Part shown: piece by piece, positions 26,488-41,019 of the stretch
How positions within the stretch are numbered: the first letter of the stretch is position 1
Layout of the letters: each line of letters opens with the position of its first letter
Source: Octopus vulgaris
Taxonomy: Eukaryota
Direction: 5' to 3'
DNA: 64,000 nt
Assembly: GCA_951406725.2 (NCBI GenBank)
Contig: OX597821.1
Coordinates: forward strand, 91,450,001 to 91,514,000
Translations under genes and position numbers: made by a program
Notes under the pieces: generated by a model
The model's database searches: none
Told to the model about the DNA's origin: nothing
Seen by the model: only the letters and a program-made list of their open reading frames with translations

Positions 26488-29400
26488 CTTACTTACTGTG
26501 GTTAACCCCGAATCAACCCAGGACCTACATATCCTAGCACACCCTAGTGCCCTTATAACCATCACCAAGAAAAATGCTGACAAGAATCGACCTCACACTT
26601 CCCTGAAGAACATTACTAAACCTGCCTAAATGTATAAATGCTAATACAATTCTTGTTAAATAACTTCTGAAGATTTCTCTTGAATGAAACAGTACTAGTC
26701 CTGTAGAAACTCCTTCTATATAATAAATTAATTTTACTCTGCTATGTATTGAGTACCTTACTGTGGTTAACCCCGAATCAACCCGGGACCTACATATCCT
26801 AGCACACCCTAGTGCCCTTATAACCATCACCAAGAAAAATGCTGACAAGAATCGACCTCATTACTCCCTGAAGAACATTACTAAACCTGCCTAAATGTAT
26901 AAATGCTAATACAATTCTTGTTAAATAGCTTCCTGAAGATTTCTCTTGAATGAAACAGTACTAGTCTGTAAACTCCTTCTATATAATAAATTAATTTTAC
27001 TCTGCTATGTATTGAGTACCTTACTTACTGTGGTTAACCCCAGATCAAAGGGACTAGCATATCCTAGCACACCCTAGTGCCCTATAACCATCACCAAAAA
27101 ATGCTGACAAGAATCCACCTCGACACTTCCCTGAAGAACATTACTAAACCTGCCTAAATGTATAAATGCTAATACAATTCTTGTTAAATAACTTCCTGAA
27201 GATTTCTCTTGAATGAAACAGTACTAGTCCTGTAAACTCCTTCTATATAATAAATTAATTTTACTCTGCAATGTATTGAGTACCTTACTTACTGTGGTTA
27301 ACCCGAATCAACCCGGGACCTACATATCCTAGCACACCCTAGTGCCCTTATAACCATCACCAAGAAAAATGCTGACAAGAATCACCTCACACTTCCCTGA
27401 AGAACATTACTAAACCTGCCTAAATGTATAAATGCTAATACAATTCTTGTTAAATAGCTTCCTGAAGATTTCTCTTGAATGAAACAGTACTAGTCCTGTA
27501 GAAGCTCCTTCTATATAATAAATTAATTTTACTCTGCTATGTATTGAGTACCTTACTTACTGTGGTTAACCCCGAATCAACCCGGGACCTACATATCCTA
27601 GCACACCCTAGTGCCCTTATAACCATCACCAAGAAAAATGCTGACAAGAATCCACCTCGACACTTCCCTGAAGAACATTACTAAACCTGCCTAAATGTAT
27701 AAATGCTAATACAATTCTTGTTAAATAGCTTCCTGAAGATTTCTCTTGAATGAAACAGTACTAGTCTGTAGAAGCTCCTTCTATATAATAAATTAACTTT
27801 ACTCTGCTATGTATTGAGTACCTTACTTACTGTGGTTAACCCCGAATCAACCCGGGACCTACATATCCTAGCACACCCTAGTGCCCTTATAACCATCACC
27901 AAGAAAAATGCTGACAAGAATCGACCTCGACACTTCCCTGAAGAACATTACTAAACCTGCCTAAATGTATAAATGCTAATACAATTCTTGTTAAATAGCT
28001 TCCTGAAGATTTCTCTTGAATGAAACAGTACTAGTCCTGTAGAAGCTCCTTCTATATAATAAATTAATTTTACTCTGCTATGTATTGAGTACCTTACTTA
28101 CTGTGGTTAACCCCGAATCAACCCGGGACCTACATATCCTAGCACACCCTAGTGCCCTTATAACCATCACCAAGAAAAATGCTGACAAGAATCGACCTCG
28201 ACACTTCCCTGAAGAACATTACTAAACCTGCCTAAATGTATAAATGCTAATACAATTCTTGTTAAATAGCTTCCTGAAGATTTCTCTTGAATGAAACAGT
28301 ACTAGTCCTGTAGAAGCTCCTTCTATATAATAAATTAATTTTACTCTGCTATGTATTGAGTACCTTACTTACTGTGGTTAACCCCGAATCAACCCGGGAC
28401 CTACATATCCTAGCACACCTAGTGCCCTTATAACCATCACCAAGAAAAATGCTGACAAGAATCGACCTCGACACTTCCCTGAAGAACATTACTAAACCTG
28501 CCTAAATGTATAAATGCTAATACAATTCTTGTTAAATAGCTTCCTGAAGATTTCTCTTGAATGAAACAGTACTAGTCCTGTAGAAGCTCCTTCTATATAA
28601 TAAATTAATTTTACTCTGCTATGTATTGAGTACCTTACTTACTGTGGTTAACCCCGAATCAACCCGGGACCTACATATCCTAGCACACCCTAGTGCCCTT
28701 ATAACCATCACCAAGAAAAATGCTGACAAGAATCGACCTCGACACTTCCCTGAAGAACATTACTAAACCTGCCTAAATGTATAAATGCTAATACAATTCT
28801 TGTTAAATAACTTCCTGAAGATTTCTCTTGAATGAAACAGTACTAGTCCTGTAGAAGCTCCTTACTTACTGTGGTTAACCCCGAATCAACCCGGGACCTA
28901 CATATCCTAGCACACCCTTGTGCCCTTATAACCATCACCAAGAAAAATGCTGACAAGAATCGACCTCGACACTTCCCTGAAGAACATTACTAAACCTGCC
29001 TAAATGTATAAATGCTAATACAATTCTTGTTAAATAGCTTCCTGAAGATTTCTCTTGAATGAAACAGTACTAGTCCTGTAGAAGCTCCTTCTATATAATA
29101 AATTAATTTTACTCTGCTATGTATTGAGTACCTTACTTACTGTGGTTAACCCCGAATCAACCCGGGACCTACATATCCTAGCACACCCTAGTGCCCTTAT
29201 AACCATCACCAAGAAAAATGCTGACAAGAATCGACCTCGACACTTCCCTGAAGAACATTACTAAACCTGCCTAAATGTATAAATGCTAATACAATTCTTG
29301 TTAAATAGCTTCCTGAAGATTTCTCTTGAATGAAACAGTACTAGTCCTGTAGAAGCTCCTTCTATATAATAAATTAATTTTACTCTGCAATGTATTGAGT

Positions 29401-32400
29401 ACCTTACTTACTGTGGTTAACCCCGAATCAACCCGGGACCTACATATCCTAGCACACCCTAGTGCCCTTATAACCATCACCAAGAAAAATGCTGACAAGA
29501 ATCGACCTCGACACTTCCCTGAAGAACATTACTAAACCTGCCTAAATGTATAAATGCTAATACAATTCTTGTTAAATAGCTTCCTGAAGATTTCTCTTGA
29601 ATGAAACAGTACTAGTCCTGTAGAAGCTCCTTCTATATAATAAATTAATTTTACTCTGCTATGTATTGAGTACCTTACTTACTGTGGTTAACCCCGAATC
29701 AACCCGGGACCTACATATCCTAGCACACCCTAGTGCCCTTATAACCATCACCAAGAAAAATGCTGACAAGAATCCACCTCGACACTTCCCTGAAGAACAT
29801 TACTAAACCTGCCTAAATGTATAAATGCTAATACAATTCTTGTTAAATAGCTTCCTGAAGATTTCTCTTGAATGAAACAGTACTAGTCCTGTAGAAGCTC
29901 CTTCTATATAATAAATTAACTTTACTCTGCTATGTATTGAGTACCTTACTTACTGTGGTTAACCCCGAATCAACCCGGGACCTACATATCCTAGCACACC
30001 CTAGTGCCCTTATAACCATCACCAAGAAAAATGCTGACAAGAATCGACCTCGACACTTCCCTGAAGAACATTACTAAACCTGCCTAAATGTATAAATGCT
30101 AATACAATTCTTGTTAAATAGCTTCCTGAAGATTTCTCTTGAATGAAACAGTACTAGTCCTGTAGAAGCTCCTTCTATATAATAAATTAATTTTACTCTG
30201 CTATGTATTGAGTACCTTACTTACTGTGGTTAACCCCGAATCAACCCGGGACCTACATATCCTAGCACACCCTAGTGCCCTTATAACCATCACCAAGAAA
30301 AATGCTGACAAGAATCCACCTCGACACTTCCCTGAAGAACATTACTAAACCTGCCTAAATGTATAAATGCTAATACAATTCTTGTTAAATAGCTTCCTGA
30401 AGATTTCTCTTGAATGAAACAGTACTAGTCCTGTAGAAGCTCCTTCTATATAATAAATTAACTTTACTCTGCTATGTATTGAGTACCTTACTTACTGTGG
30501 TTAACCCCGAATCAACCCGGGACCTACATATCCTAGCACACCCTAGTGCCCTTATAACCATCACCAAGAAAAATGCTGACAAGAATCGACCTCGACACTT
30601 CCCTGAAGAACATTACTAAACCTGCCTAAATGTATAAATGCTAATACAATTCTTGTTAAATAGCTTCCTGAAGATTTCTCTTGAATGAAACAGTACTAGT
30701 CCTGTAGAAGCTCCTTCTATATAATAAATTAATTTTACTCTGCTATGTATTGAGTACCTTACTTACTGTGGTTAACCCCGAATCAACCCGGGACCTACAT
30801 ATCCTAGCACACCCTAGTGCCCTTATAACCATCACCAAGAAAAATGCTGACAAGAATCGACCTCGACACTTCCCTGAAGAACATTACTAAACCTGCCTAA
30901 ATGTATAAATGCTAATACAATTCTTGTTAAATAGCTTCCTGAAGATTTCTCTTGAATGAAACAGTACTAGTCCTGTAGAAGCTCCTTCTATATAATAAAT
31001 TAATTTTACTCTGCTATGTATTGAGTACCTTACTTACTGTGGTTAACCCCGAATCAACCCGGGACCTACATATCCTAGCACACCCTAGTGCCCTTATAAC
31101 CATCACCAAGAAAAATGCTGACAAGAATCGACCTCGACACTTCCCTGAAGAACATTACTAAACCTGCCTAAATGTATAAATGCTAATACAATTCTTGTTA
31201 AATAGCTTCCTGAAGATTTCTCTTGAATGAAACAGTACTAGTCCTGTAGAAGCTCCTTCTATATAATAAATTAATTTTACTCTGCTATGTATTGAGTACC
31301 TTACTTACTGTGGTTAACCCCGAATCAACCCGGGACCTACATATCCTAGCACACCCTAGTGCCCTTATAACCATCACCAAGAAAATGCTGACAAGAATCG
31401 ACCTCGACACTTCCCTGAAGAACATTACTAAACCTGCCTAAATGTATAAATGCTAATACAATTCTTGTTAAATAGCTTCCTGAAGATTTCTCTTGAATGA
31501 AACAGTACTAGTCCTGTAGAAGCTCCTTACTTACTGTGGTTAACCCCGAATCAACCCGGGACCTACATATCCTAGCACACCCTTGTGCCCTTATAACCAT
31601 CACCAAGAAAAATGCTGACAAGAATCGACCTCGACACTTCCCTGAAGAACATTACTAAACCTGCCTAAATGTATAAATGCTAATACAATTCTTGTTAAAT
31701 AGCTTCCTGAAGATTTCTCTTGAATGAAACAGTACTAGTCCTGTAGAAGCTCCTTCTATATAATAAATTAATTTTACTCTGCTATGTATTGAGTACCTTA
31801 CTTACTGTGGTTAACCCCGAATCAACCCGGGACCTACATATCCTAGCACACCCTAGTGCCCTTATAACCATCACCAAGAAAAATGCTGACAAGAATCGAC
31901 CTCGACACTTCCCTGAAGAACATTACTAAACCTGCCTAAATGTATAAATGCTAATACAATTCTTGTTAAATAGCTTCCTGAAGATTTCTCTTGAATGAAA
32001 CAGTACTAGTCCTGTAGAAGCTCCTTCTATATAATAAATTAATTTTACTCTGCAATGTATTGAGTACCTTACTTACTGTGGTTAACCCCGAATCAACCCG
32101 GGACCTACATATCCTAGCACACCCTAGTGCCCTTATAACCATCACCAAGAAAAATGCTGACAAGAATCGACCTCGACACTTCCCTGAAGAACATTACTAA
32201 ACCTGCCTAAATGTATAAATGCTAATACAATTCTTGTTAAATAGCTTCCTGAAGATTTCTCTTGAATGAAACAGTACTAGTCCTGTAGAAGCTCCTTCTA
32301 TATAATAAATTAATTTTACTCTGCTATGTATTGAGTACCTTACTTACTGTGGTTAACCCCGAATCAACCCGGGACCTACATATCCTAGCACACCCTAGTG

Positions 32401-33388
32401 CCCTTATAACCATCACCAAGAAAAATGCTGACAAGAATCCACCTCGACACTTCCCTGAAGAACATTACTAAACCTGCCTAAATGTATAAATGCTAATACA
32501 ATTCTTGTTAAATAGCTTCCTGAAGATTTCTCTTGAATGAAACAGTACTAGTCCTGTAGAAGCTCCTTCTATATAATAAATTAACTTTACTCTGCTATGT
32601 ATTGAGTACCTTACTTACTGTGGTTAACCCCGAATCAACCCGGGACCTACATATCCTAGCACACCCTAGTGCCCTTATAACCATCACCAAGAAAAATGCT
32701 GACAAGAATCGACCTCGACACTTCCCTGAAGAACATTACTAAACCTGCCTAAATGTATAAATGCTAATACAATTCTTGTTAAATAGCTTCCTGAAGATTT
32801 CTCTTGAATGAAACAGTACTAGTCCTGTAGAAGCTCCTTCTATATAATAAATTAATTTTACTCTGCTATGTATTGAGTACCTTACTTACTGTGGTTAACC
32901 CCGAATCAACCCGGGACCTACATATCCTAGCACACCCTAGTGCCCTTATAACCATCACCAAGAAAAATGCTGACAAGAATCGACCTCGACACTTCCCTGA
33001 AGAACATTACTAAACCTGCCTAAATGTATAAATGCTAATACAATTCTTGTTAAATAGCTTCCTGAAGATTTCTCTTCAATGAAACAGTACTAGTCCTGTA
33101 GAAGCTCCTTCTATATAATAAATTAATTTTACTCTGCTATGTATTGAGTACCTTACTTACTGTGGTTAACCCCGAATCAACCCGGGACCTACATATCCTA
33201 GCACACCCTAGTGCCCTTATAACCATCACCAAGAAAAATGCTGACAAGAATCGACCTCGACACTTCCCTGAAGAACATTACTAAACCTGCCTAAATGTAT
33301 AAATGCTAATACAATTCTTGTTAAATAGCTTCCTGAAGATTTCTCTTGAATGAAACAGTACTAGTCCTGTAGAAGCTCCTTCTATATA

Positions 33389-33393
<5 letters not shown>
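26488..33393 (+). repeat. 271-bp tandem repeat, right arm (~26 units, hammerhead on the plus strand); retrozyme-like array
   Basis: Reverse complement of the left-arm unit, near-identical copies; two units carry a 45-bp deletion. Confidence 0.97.
27997..28047 (+). ncRNA. Type I hammerhead ribozyme (representative copy; one per 271-bp unit)
   Basis: Stem I AGCTTC/GAAGCT; core CTGAAGA 28003-28009; stem II t-TTC-tctt-GAA-t; GAA; stem III ACAG-tactagtc-CTGT; predicted cleavage after GUA (A28041). Confidence 0.85.
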
Positions 33394-33440
<47 letters not shown>

Positions 33441-33451
<11 letters not shown>

Positions 33452-33640
33452 TATAGAAGGAGCTACAGGACTAGAACTGTTTCATTCAAGAGAAATCTTC
33501 AGGAAGAGCTTCCTGAAGATTTCTCTTGAATGAAACAGTCCTAGTCCTGTAGAAGCTCCTTCTATATAATAAATTAATTTTACTCTGCTATGTATTGAGT
33601 ACCTTATTTACTGTGGTTAACCCCGAATCAACCCGGGACC

Positions 33641-33645
<5 letters not shown>
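33441..33645. mobile_element. Terminal module: inverted partial unit plus direct partial unit of the 271-bp repeat, between (TA)n tracts
   Basis: 33441-33506 is a minus-orientation hammerhead region and 33507-33645 is plus orientation ending gggacctacat(at)n; it carries private SNPs. Confidence 0.85.
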
Positions 33646-33678
<33 letters not shown>

Positions 33679-33683
33679 CATAT

Positions 33684-33970
33684 GGCGCAATGGCCCAGTG
33701 GTTAGGGCAGCAGACTTGCAGTTGTAGGATCGTGGTTTCGATTCCCAGACTGGGCTTTGTGAGTGTTTATTGAGCGAAAATACCTAAAAGTTCCACAAGG
33801 CTCCAGTAGGGTGTAGTGGTGATTCACCACAACTTTCTCTCACTCTTTCTTCTGTTGGCCTGCTCACTTAGCCAGCGGGGTGGCGTCATTTGAAGGCTAA
33901 AACAATGCGAAGCACATTGTGACAAGCGATGTGTAGCAACATCTCATGGCCTGGTTGGTCATGTGATCAT
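33684..33970 (+). mobile_element. SINE family C
   Basis: ggcgcaatggcccagtggttagggcagc head. Confidence 0.8.
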
Positions 33971-33981
33971 GTGCGTGATAT

Positions 33982-35077
<1,096 letters not shown>

Positions 35078-35937
35078 TTGCACATATACATAAATAAATA
35101 GATCATGCTCATGCAGTGAAATAAAGTTTTCATCAAGTGTGCATACATATACATATGTGTGATATACATACACTGCAATACACATAGGCAGACAGACACA
35201 CACACTCACACATACACAAAGACAAACTTACATATGCACACACACACATACATAGACCCATACACAGACGCATACATAAATCATGTAATAATTGGGTGGC
35301 TTATTTGGTATTGTAACCAGAGATTTGGCAAATACTTTCACAAAACTGTTAATCCCAAAATGCCACTGTCCTTCCTATTCATCACATCTGAAAACTGGTC
35401 TGGTCAACTTCCTATAACAGCCTGCCTTGTGCAGTGACGAATCTTATTCCTACCAGCACCTTCTCTCCTTCCTCTTCTTCTTCTTCTTCTCCTCCTATTC
35501 CTTCTCCATCCCCTCTCTCTCTTTCACACTCTTGAAACAGTATCATTGCTTGCTATTACACCACGTTAATTCCATTATATTAATATAGTCCTCTTCTTCC
35601 CTTCCACACCCAGTTGCAGTCCATGAATCTGGCATCGGCATCAAGGGTAGACATGTCGATAAGGCAGTCAGTCCAATGTTTAACTGCTTTCAAAGTTAAC
35701 CACAAATCCCAATCGAATATCTGCAGAAAGATTAATCATTCAAAATGATCCTTTCGGAAGATACTTGTGGACAACTAGAAGTACAAAGTACAGTTTTGTG
35801 ATTTGGTGCAGACTAATGGTACATGGCATGACTAAAATAAATATATTCAATGATTATAGAAACCAATAAACAAGTGAGAAAGACGTTAAGGACTCTCCTT
35901 GTTCCCCCCATCACCCAGTCTCTTACTCTCTCTCTCC

Positions 35938-35999
35938 ATGTACATATATATACATATATATATATACACATATATATACATATATATACATATATATAC

Positions 36000-36037
<38 letters not shown>

Positions 36038-36274
36038 ATATATACATATATATACATATACATATATATACTTATAAATATATACACATATATATATACA
36101 TATATATATACACATATATATACATATATATACACACATATATATACATATATATACATATATATATATATACATATATATATAAATACATATACATATA
36201 AATATATATATATATATATATATACATATATATACATATATATACATACATATATATATATATACACACACATA

Positions 36275-36305
<31 letters not shown>

Positions 36306-36427
36306 GCATACATATATATATATGATGTATGTATGTGCATATATATATATCTATATATATACGCACACACACACACATTATATATATATATACATGTATA
36401 TATATATACATATGTATACATGCATAT
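35938..36427. repeat. (TA)/(TACA) degenerate microsatellite
   Basis: Direct reading. Confidence 0.9.
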
Positions 36428-37132
36428 GCCCGGTGGAAGTTAGAAACACTAAGTAATCTTTAAACCCAGCATAAACATAAAACAATTAATTACCAAGTGA
36501 TTGTCTTATTTGACAAGAGGCTGACAGTTATTCTGTAGTGAATGATTTACAACTTACAACAACACAGCCTGGTGGGGACACAAGATGGCAAACAGATACG
36601 AGGTGGAACATTTGTGCAGTGGTGTTGAAGAAGTCATCACTGATATTTTGGCGTAGGTGTGTCTGTAGATGAGATGACTTCTTCGTGGTAGCCATAGCTA
36701 TTTCTGTGTGAGGAATCTAAGCATATTGACATACTAGAGGTTGATAAATTGGGAAGCACTGTTTAAATAAGTTGAGGATTATGAATTAATATCTATCAAG
36801 TAAGAGATGTTGTACTGATAACCTCAAATTCTTCCTTGAAATTTCTTGTATATTGTATAATTTGAGGCAAAATTTTTATGTCCACATTGTCCTCTCCAAC
36901 ACACAAACATAATCACACACAATCACACACACATACTCACAATCACACACACACAGTCACACGCACACATATACACACAAGCTTATATCACAAATACTTG
37001 CATTGAAGTAAATATTTGTAAAAGTGGAGCCCCAGAACAAGGTCAGCTCTCATGAATATAAGGGTTTAAAATAAGGTTTGTTTCAATTTCCAGTTTTGAA
37101 ATTGTGTGGTAGACCTACCAATACTAACTTGT

Positions 37133-38025
37133 GGAGGTACATAGCCAAGTGGTTACAGCAGCAGACTCACGGTCGAGGGACCGTGGGTTCGAATCTCAGA
37201 TCGGGCGATGTGTGTGTTTATGAGCGAAACATCTAAGCTCCACGCAGCTCCGGCAGAAGGTAATGGCGAACTTCTGTTGACTCTTTTGCCACAACTTTCT
37301 CTCACTCTTTCCTCCTGCATCTTGCAGCTCATCTGCGATGGACCGGCGTCCCATCAAGGTGGGGAACCTATATGCCAAAGAAACCGGGAAACCAGCCCTT
37401 ATGTGCCAGGCATGGCTCGAGAAGGAACAAACAATACTAACTTGCTTTGCAATCACTTGGCCATTGGGCTCAGTTTTACAGTGTGGCAACTTGGGCATGC
37501 CTTGTGTACTTTAGTTCAAGTCTGACCAATGTCATGTGCATGAATTTGGGAGACAAAATATTTTTGCATTTGTGCTTGCTACCACATTAATCCTGCTAGC
37601 ATCTGGTCCTTGCAAACCTTTAACAGAATCCACTTTATTTTCAGAATTCAGTCTGTATTTATAGTCTCACAATAATATAATAGTTTATGGCGGCAAGCTA
37701 CCAGAATCATTAACATGCCAAATGCTTGTTCCTACTCGAGCCATGCCTGGCTCATAAGGGCTGGTTCCCCGGTTTCCTTGGCATATAGGTTCCCCACCTG
37801 GATGGGACGCCGATCCGTCGCAGGTGAGCTGCAAGATGTAGGAGGAAAGAGTGAGAGAAAGTTGTGGTGAAAGAGTCAGCAGAAGTTCGCCATTACCTTC
37901 TGCCGGAGCCGCGTGGAGCTTAGGTGTTTCGCTCATAAACACATATATCACCCAGTCTGAGATTCGAACCCACGATCCCTCGACCGTGAATCCACTGCTC
38001 TAACCACTAGGCCATGTGCCTCCAC
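37133..38025. mobile_element. Two SINE family C copies in opposite orientation (37133-37432 +, 37725-38025 -)
   Basis: Mutually reverse-complementary, with a tRNA-like head (gggttcgaatctc B box). Confidence 0.85.
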
Positions 38026-39011
38026 CTTTAACATGCCAGACAAAATGCATAGTGGCATTTCATCCATCACTATGTTTTAAGTTCAAATACTTTGCCTTCC
38101 GTTCTTTCAGGGCCAATAAAACAAGTACCAGTTGAGTATGGAGTGTCAACTTGCCCTCTCTCCTGAAATTGCTGGCTTTGTGCCAAAATTTGAAATCAAT
38201 AATATGATATTTTAATTTCTTCAGTCTACGAGTTCTGGATTATTTATTCTCGCCAACATAGTTTCTCTCACTGGAACGAGTTGTCACAACTACCCGTTTT
38301 CTCATCCTTTCATCTCTACCAGTTTCACTTACTGTCTTAATGCTCTCTCTGAAATGTTTTGTAAAACAAATCCATTCACAGAACATCTTGTGACATGTAG
38401 CTCACAATCCATCTCTCGGGCTCTCGCCACTTCCACTCCTCGAACCACTCAACACTCCAATTTACTATATATATAGTTTGGCCTTTCACAATGGACCTAC
38501 TAACTCTGGGTTTAATAGAGAGAAGCGTTCTATGTTTCCCATTCAAATCTACATTCTTTTTGGCCTTTGATACATCCACTTACACACACACACACACACA
38601 CACACATCCGAAAATCTATAATCCTCACACATACGAAAATCAACCAAAATAACCTAGTTACATTTTAACACGTCCTTCCATAATATCCACTTGGATACAC
38701 ACTATGCATACACATACCACACATGCTACACTTTTACACATGTTTGCATTTGTTCTTCACAGCATAAAACAACGCTTTAATACATACGAGTATGCACGTA
38801 AGCATGTGCACTAATCCATACAATACGTGATTAACCATTAAGCACATCATTGCTTTTTTAAAAATCAAATACACGAACATATTAATCACAAATTTTCATT
38901 ACAGTATAACAGACGCATTTTTGTTTCCATGCACATGCACACACAGATCTATAGACAATAAGCATGCACATAAATATGCAGTCACATTCACTCAACACAT
39001 GAAACATCGAT

Positions 39012-39800
39012 AAGGCGACGAGCTGACAGAAACGTAAGCACGCCGGGTGAAATGCTTGCCGGTATTTCGTCTGCCGTTACGTTCTGAGTTCAAATTCCGC
39101 CGAGGTCGACTTTGCCTTTCATCCTTTCGGGGTCGATTAAATAAATACCAGTTACGCACTGGGGTCGATATAATCGACTTAATCCGTTTGTCTGTCCTTG
39201 TTTGTCCTCTCTGTGTTTAGCCCCTTGTGAGTAATAAAGAAATAGGTATTTCCTCTGCCGCTACGTTCTGAGTTCAAATTCCGCCGAGGTCGACTTTGCC
39301 TTTCATCCTTTCGGGGGTCGATTAAATAAATACCAGTTACGCACTGGGGGCGATATAATCGACTTAATCCGTTTGTCTGTCCTTGTTTGTCCTCTATTTG
39401 TGTTTAGCCCCTTGTGAGTAGTGAAGAAATAAGTATTTCCTTTGCCGCTACGTTCTGAGTTCAAATTCCGCCGAGGGCGACTTTGCCTTTCATCCTTTCG
39501 GGGGTCGATTAAATAAATACCAGTTACGCACTGGGGGCGATATAATCGACTTAATCCGTTTGTCTGTCCTTGTTTGTCCTCTCTGTGTTTAGCCCCTTGT
39601 GAGTAATAAAGAAATAGGTATTTCCTCTGCCGCTACGTTCTGAGTTCAAATTCCGCCGAGGGCGACTTTGCCTTTTATCCTTTCGGGGTCGATTAAATAA
39701 GTGCCAGTTATCCACTAGGGTCGATATAATCGACTTAATCTGTTTATCTGTCCTTGTTCGTCCCCTCTGGGTGCAGCTCTTTGTGGGTAGTAAAGAAAAA
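39012..39800 (+). repeat. Tandem array of 4 SINE family B bodies (~185-bp period)
   Basis: tacgttctgagttcaaattccgccgagg...gccccttgtgagta repeated 4 times; only the first copy has the A-box head. Confidence 0.9.
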
Positions 39801-40297
39801 AGGAACATCGATAACTACGCATGCACACTGAATGATAACTCTTTCACATCCCTCGCACACAAACACACACATACACTTACAAGCAATTGCATAGACACGT
39901 CCACCCATTAGCCAGCTTTCCAGACATCGAACTTCTATCACTCAACATATGCACATGCACAAACACACACTGATATAGAAACACACCCACACACATACAA
40001 ACACGCACGCACGCATGCACACACACACAAACACACCATATGCAAAGTACGATGCATACATAGAAACTACTTCACCACATCCCTCATGCATATATACACA
40101 CATGCACCAACGTGCACATGGAAACACATCTGTCCTAATATCTACTCTTATGTCTTAAAACGCTCTATGTAGCCCACCAACCAGATTCTAGTCAGTTGAT
40201 GGCCTGTACGTAGACCATCTCCACATGTCTGTTTTCACAAAGATTGCACTTTTATTTTGCTATTTTCACTTCCATTTAACAATTTCTCTTTATCGTT

Positions 40298-40412
40298 ACG
40301 GGTTCAGTCCCACTGCGTGTCACCTTGGGCAAGTGTCTTCTGCTATAGCCTCGGGCCAACCAAAGCCTTGTGAGTGGATTTGGCAAACGGAAACTGAAAT
40401 AAGACCGTCGTA

Positions 40413-40469
<57 letters not shown>

Positions 40470-40689
40470 TATGTCTGTGTATATGTTTGTGTGCCTGTGT
40501 TTGTCCCCCCAACATCACTTGTCAACTGATGGTGGTATGTTTACGTCCCCGTAACTTAGCGGTTCGGCAAAAGAGACCGATAGAATAAGTACTAGGCTTC
40601 CAAAGAATAAGTCCTGGGGTCGATTTGCTCGATTAAATGCGGTGCTCCAGCATGGCCGCAGTCAAATGACTGAAACAAGTAAAAGAGTA
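40298..40689 (+). mobile_element. SINE family A (5'-truncated)
   Basis: Homology to 881-1282. Confidence 0.85.
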
Positions 40690-41019
40690 ATTTTTCCTCC
40701 TTTTCCACTGTCCAAAGAAGGATAACATCTGAAATGTTACTGCGCTTAATTCTTACCATTTCCCTAAGCAACAAACTTATATTATTGATGGTAAACTTAT
40801 TTCACCTATACATGATTGTGTATGTATGTATGTACGTATGTATGCATGTATGTATGTATGTATGTATGTACCAAGTTGTCAAAAGATTTTTCGTATTTCA
40901 AGCTTTAATTAAAAATTCAAAGAAACTAGATCCGAAAAGCCTTTAATCATCAAAATATAACTCATCATATTTTATTCTCTGATGCCAATAATGCAGAGGG
41001 GACAAACAATGCATAGTGG

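Noticed and set aside
27930-27975. Second CTGAAGA in each unit (ttccctgaagaacattactaaac) as a second hammerhead
   Set aside because: It is followed by TAAAC rather than GAAA and has no convincing stem II or stem I.
25106-33393. CRISPR array or protein-coding tandem repeat (ORFs MSAFFLVMVIRALG...)
   Set aside because: Units are near-identical along their whole 271 bp with no unique spacers and no cas genes nearby; 271 is not a multiple of 3 and stop codons occur in every unit.
36625-36683. 12-bp inverted repeat gaagaagtcatc/gatgacttcttc
   Set aside because: No GAAA or cleavage-site half follows, so there is too little to call.
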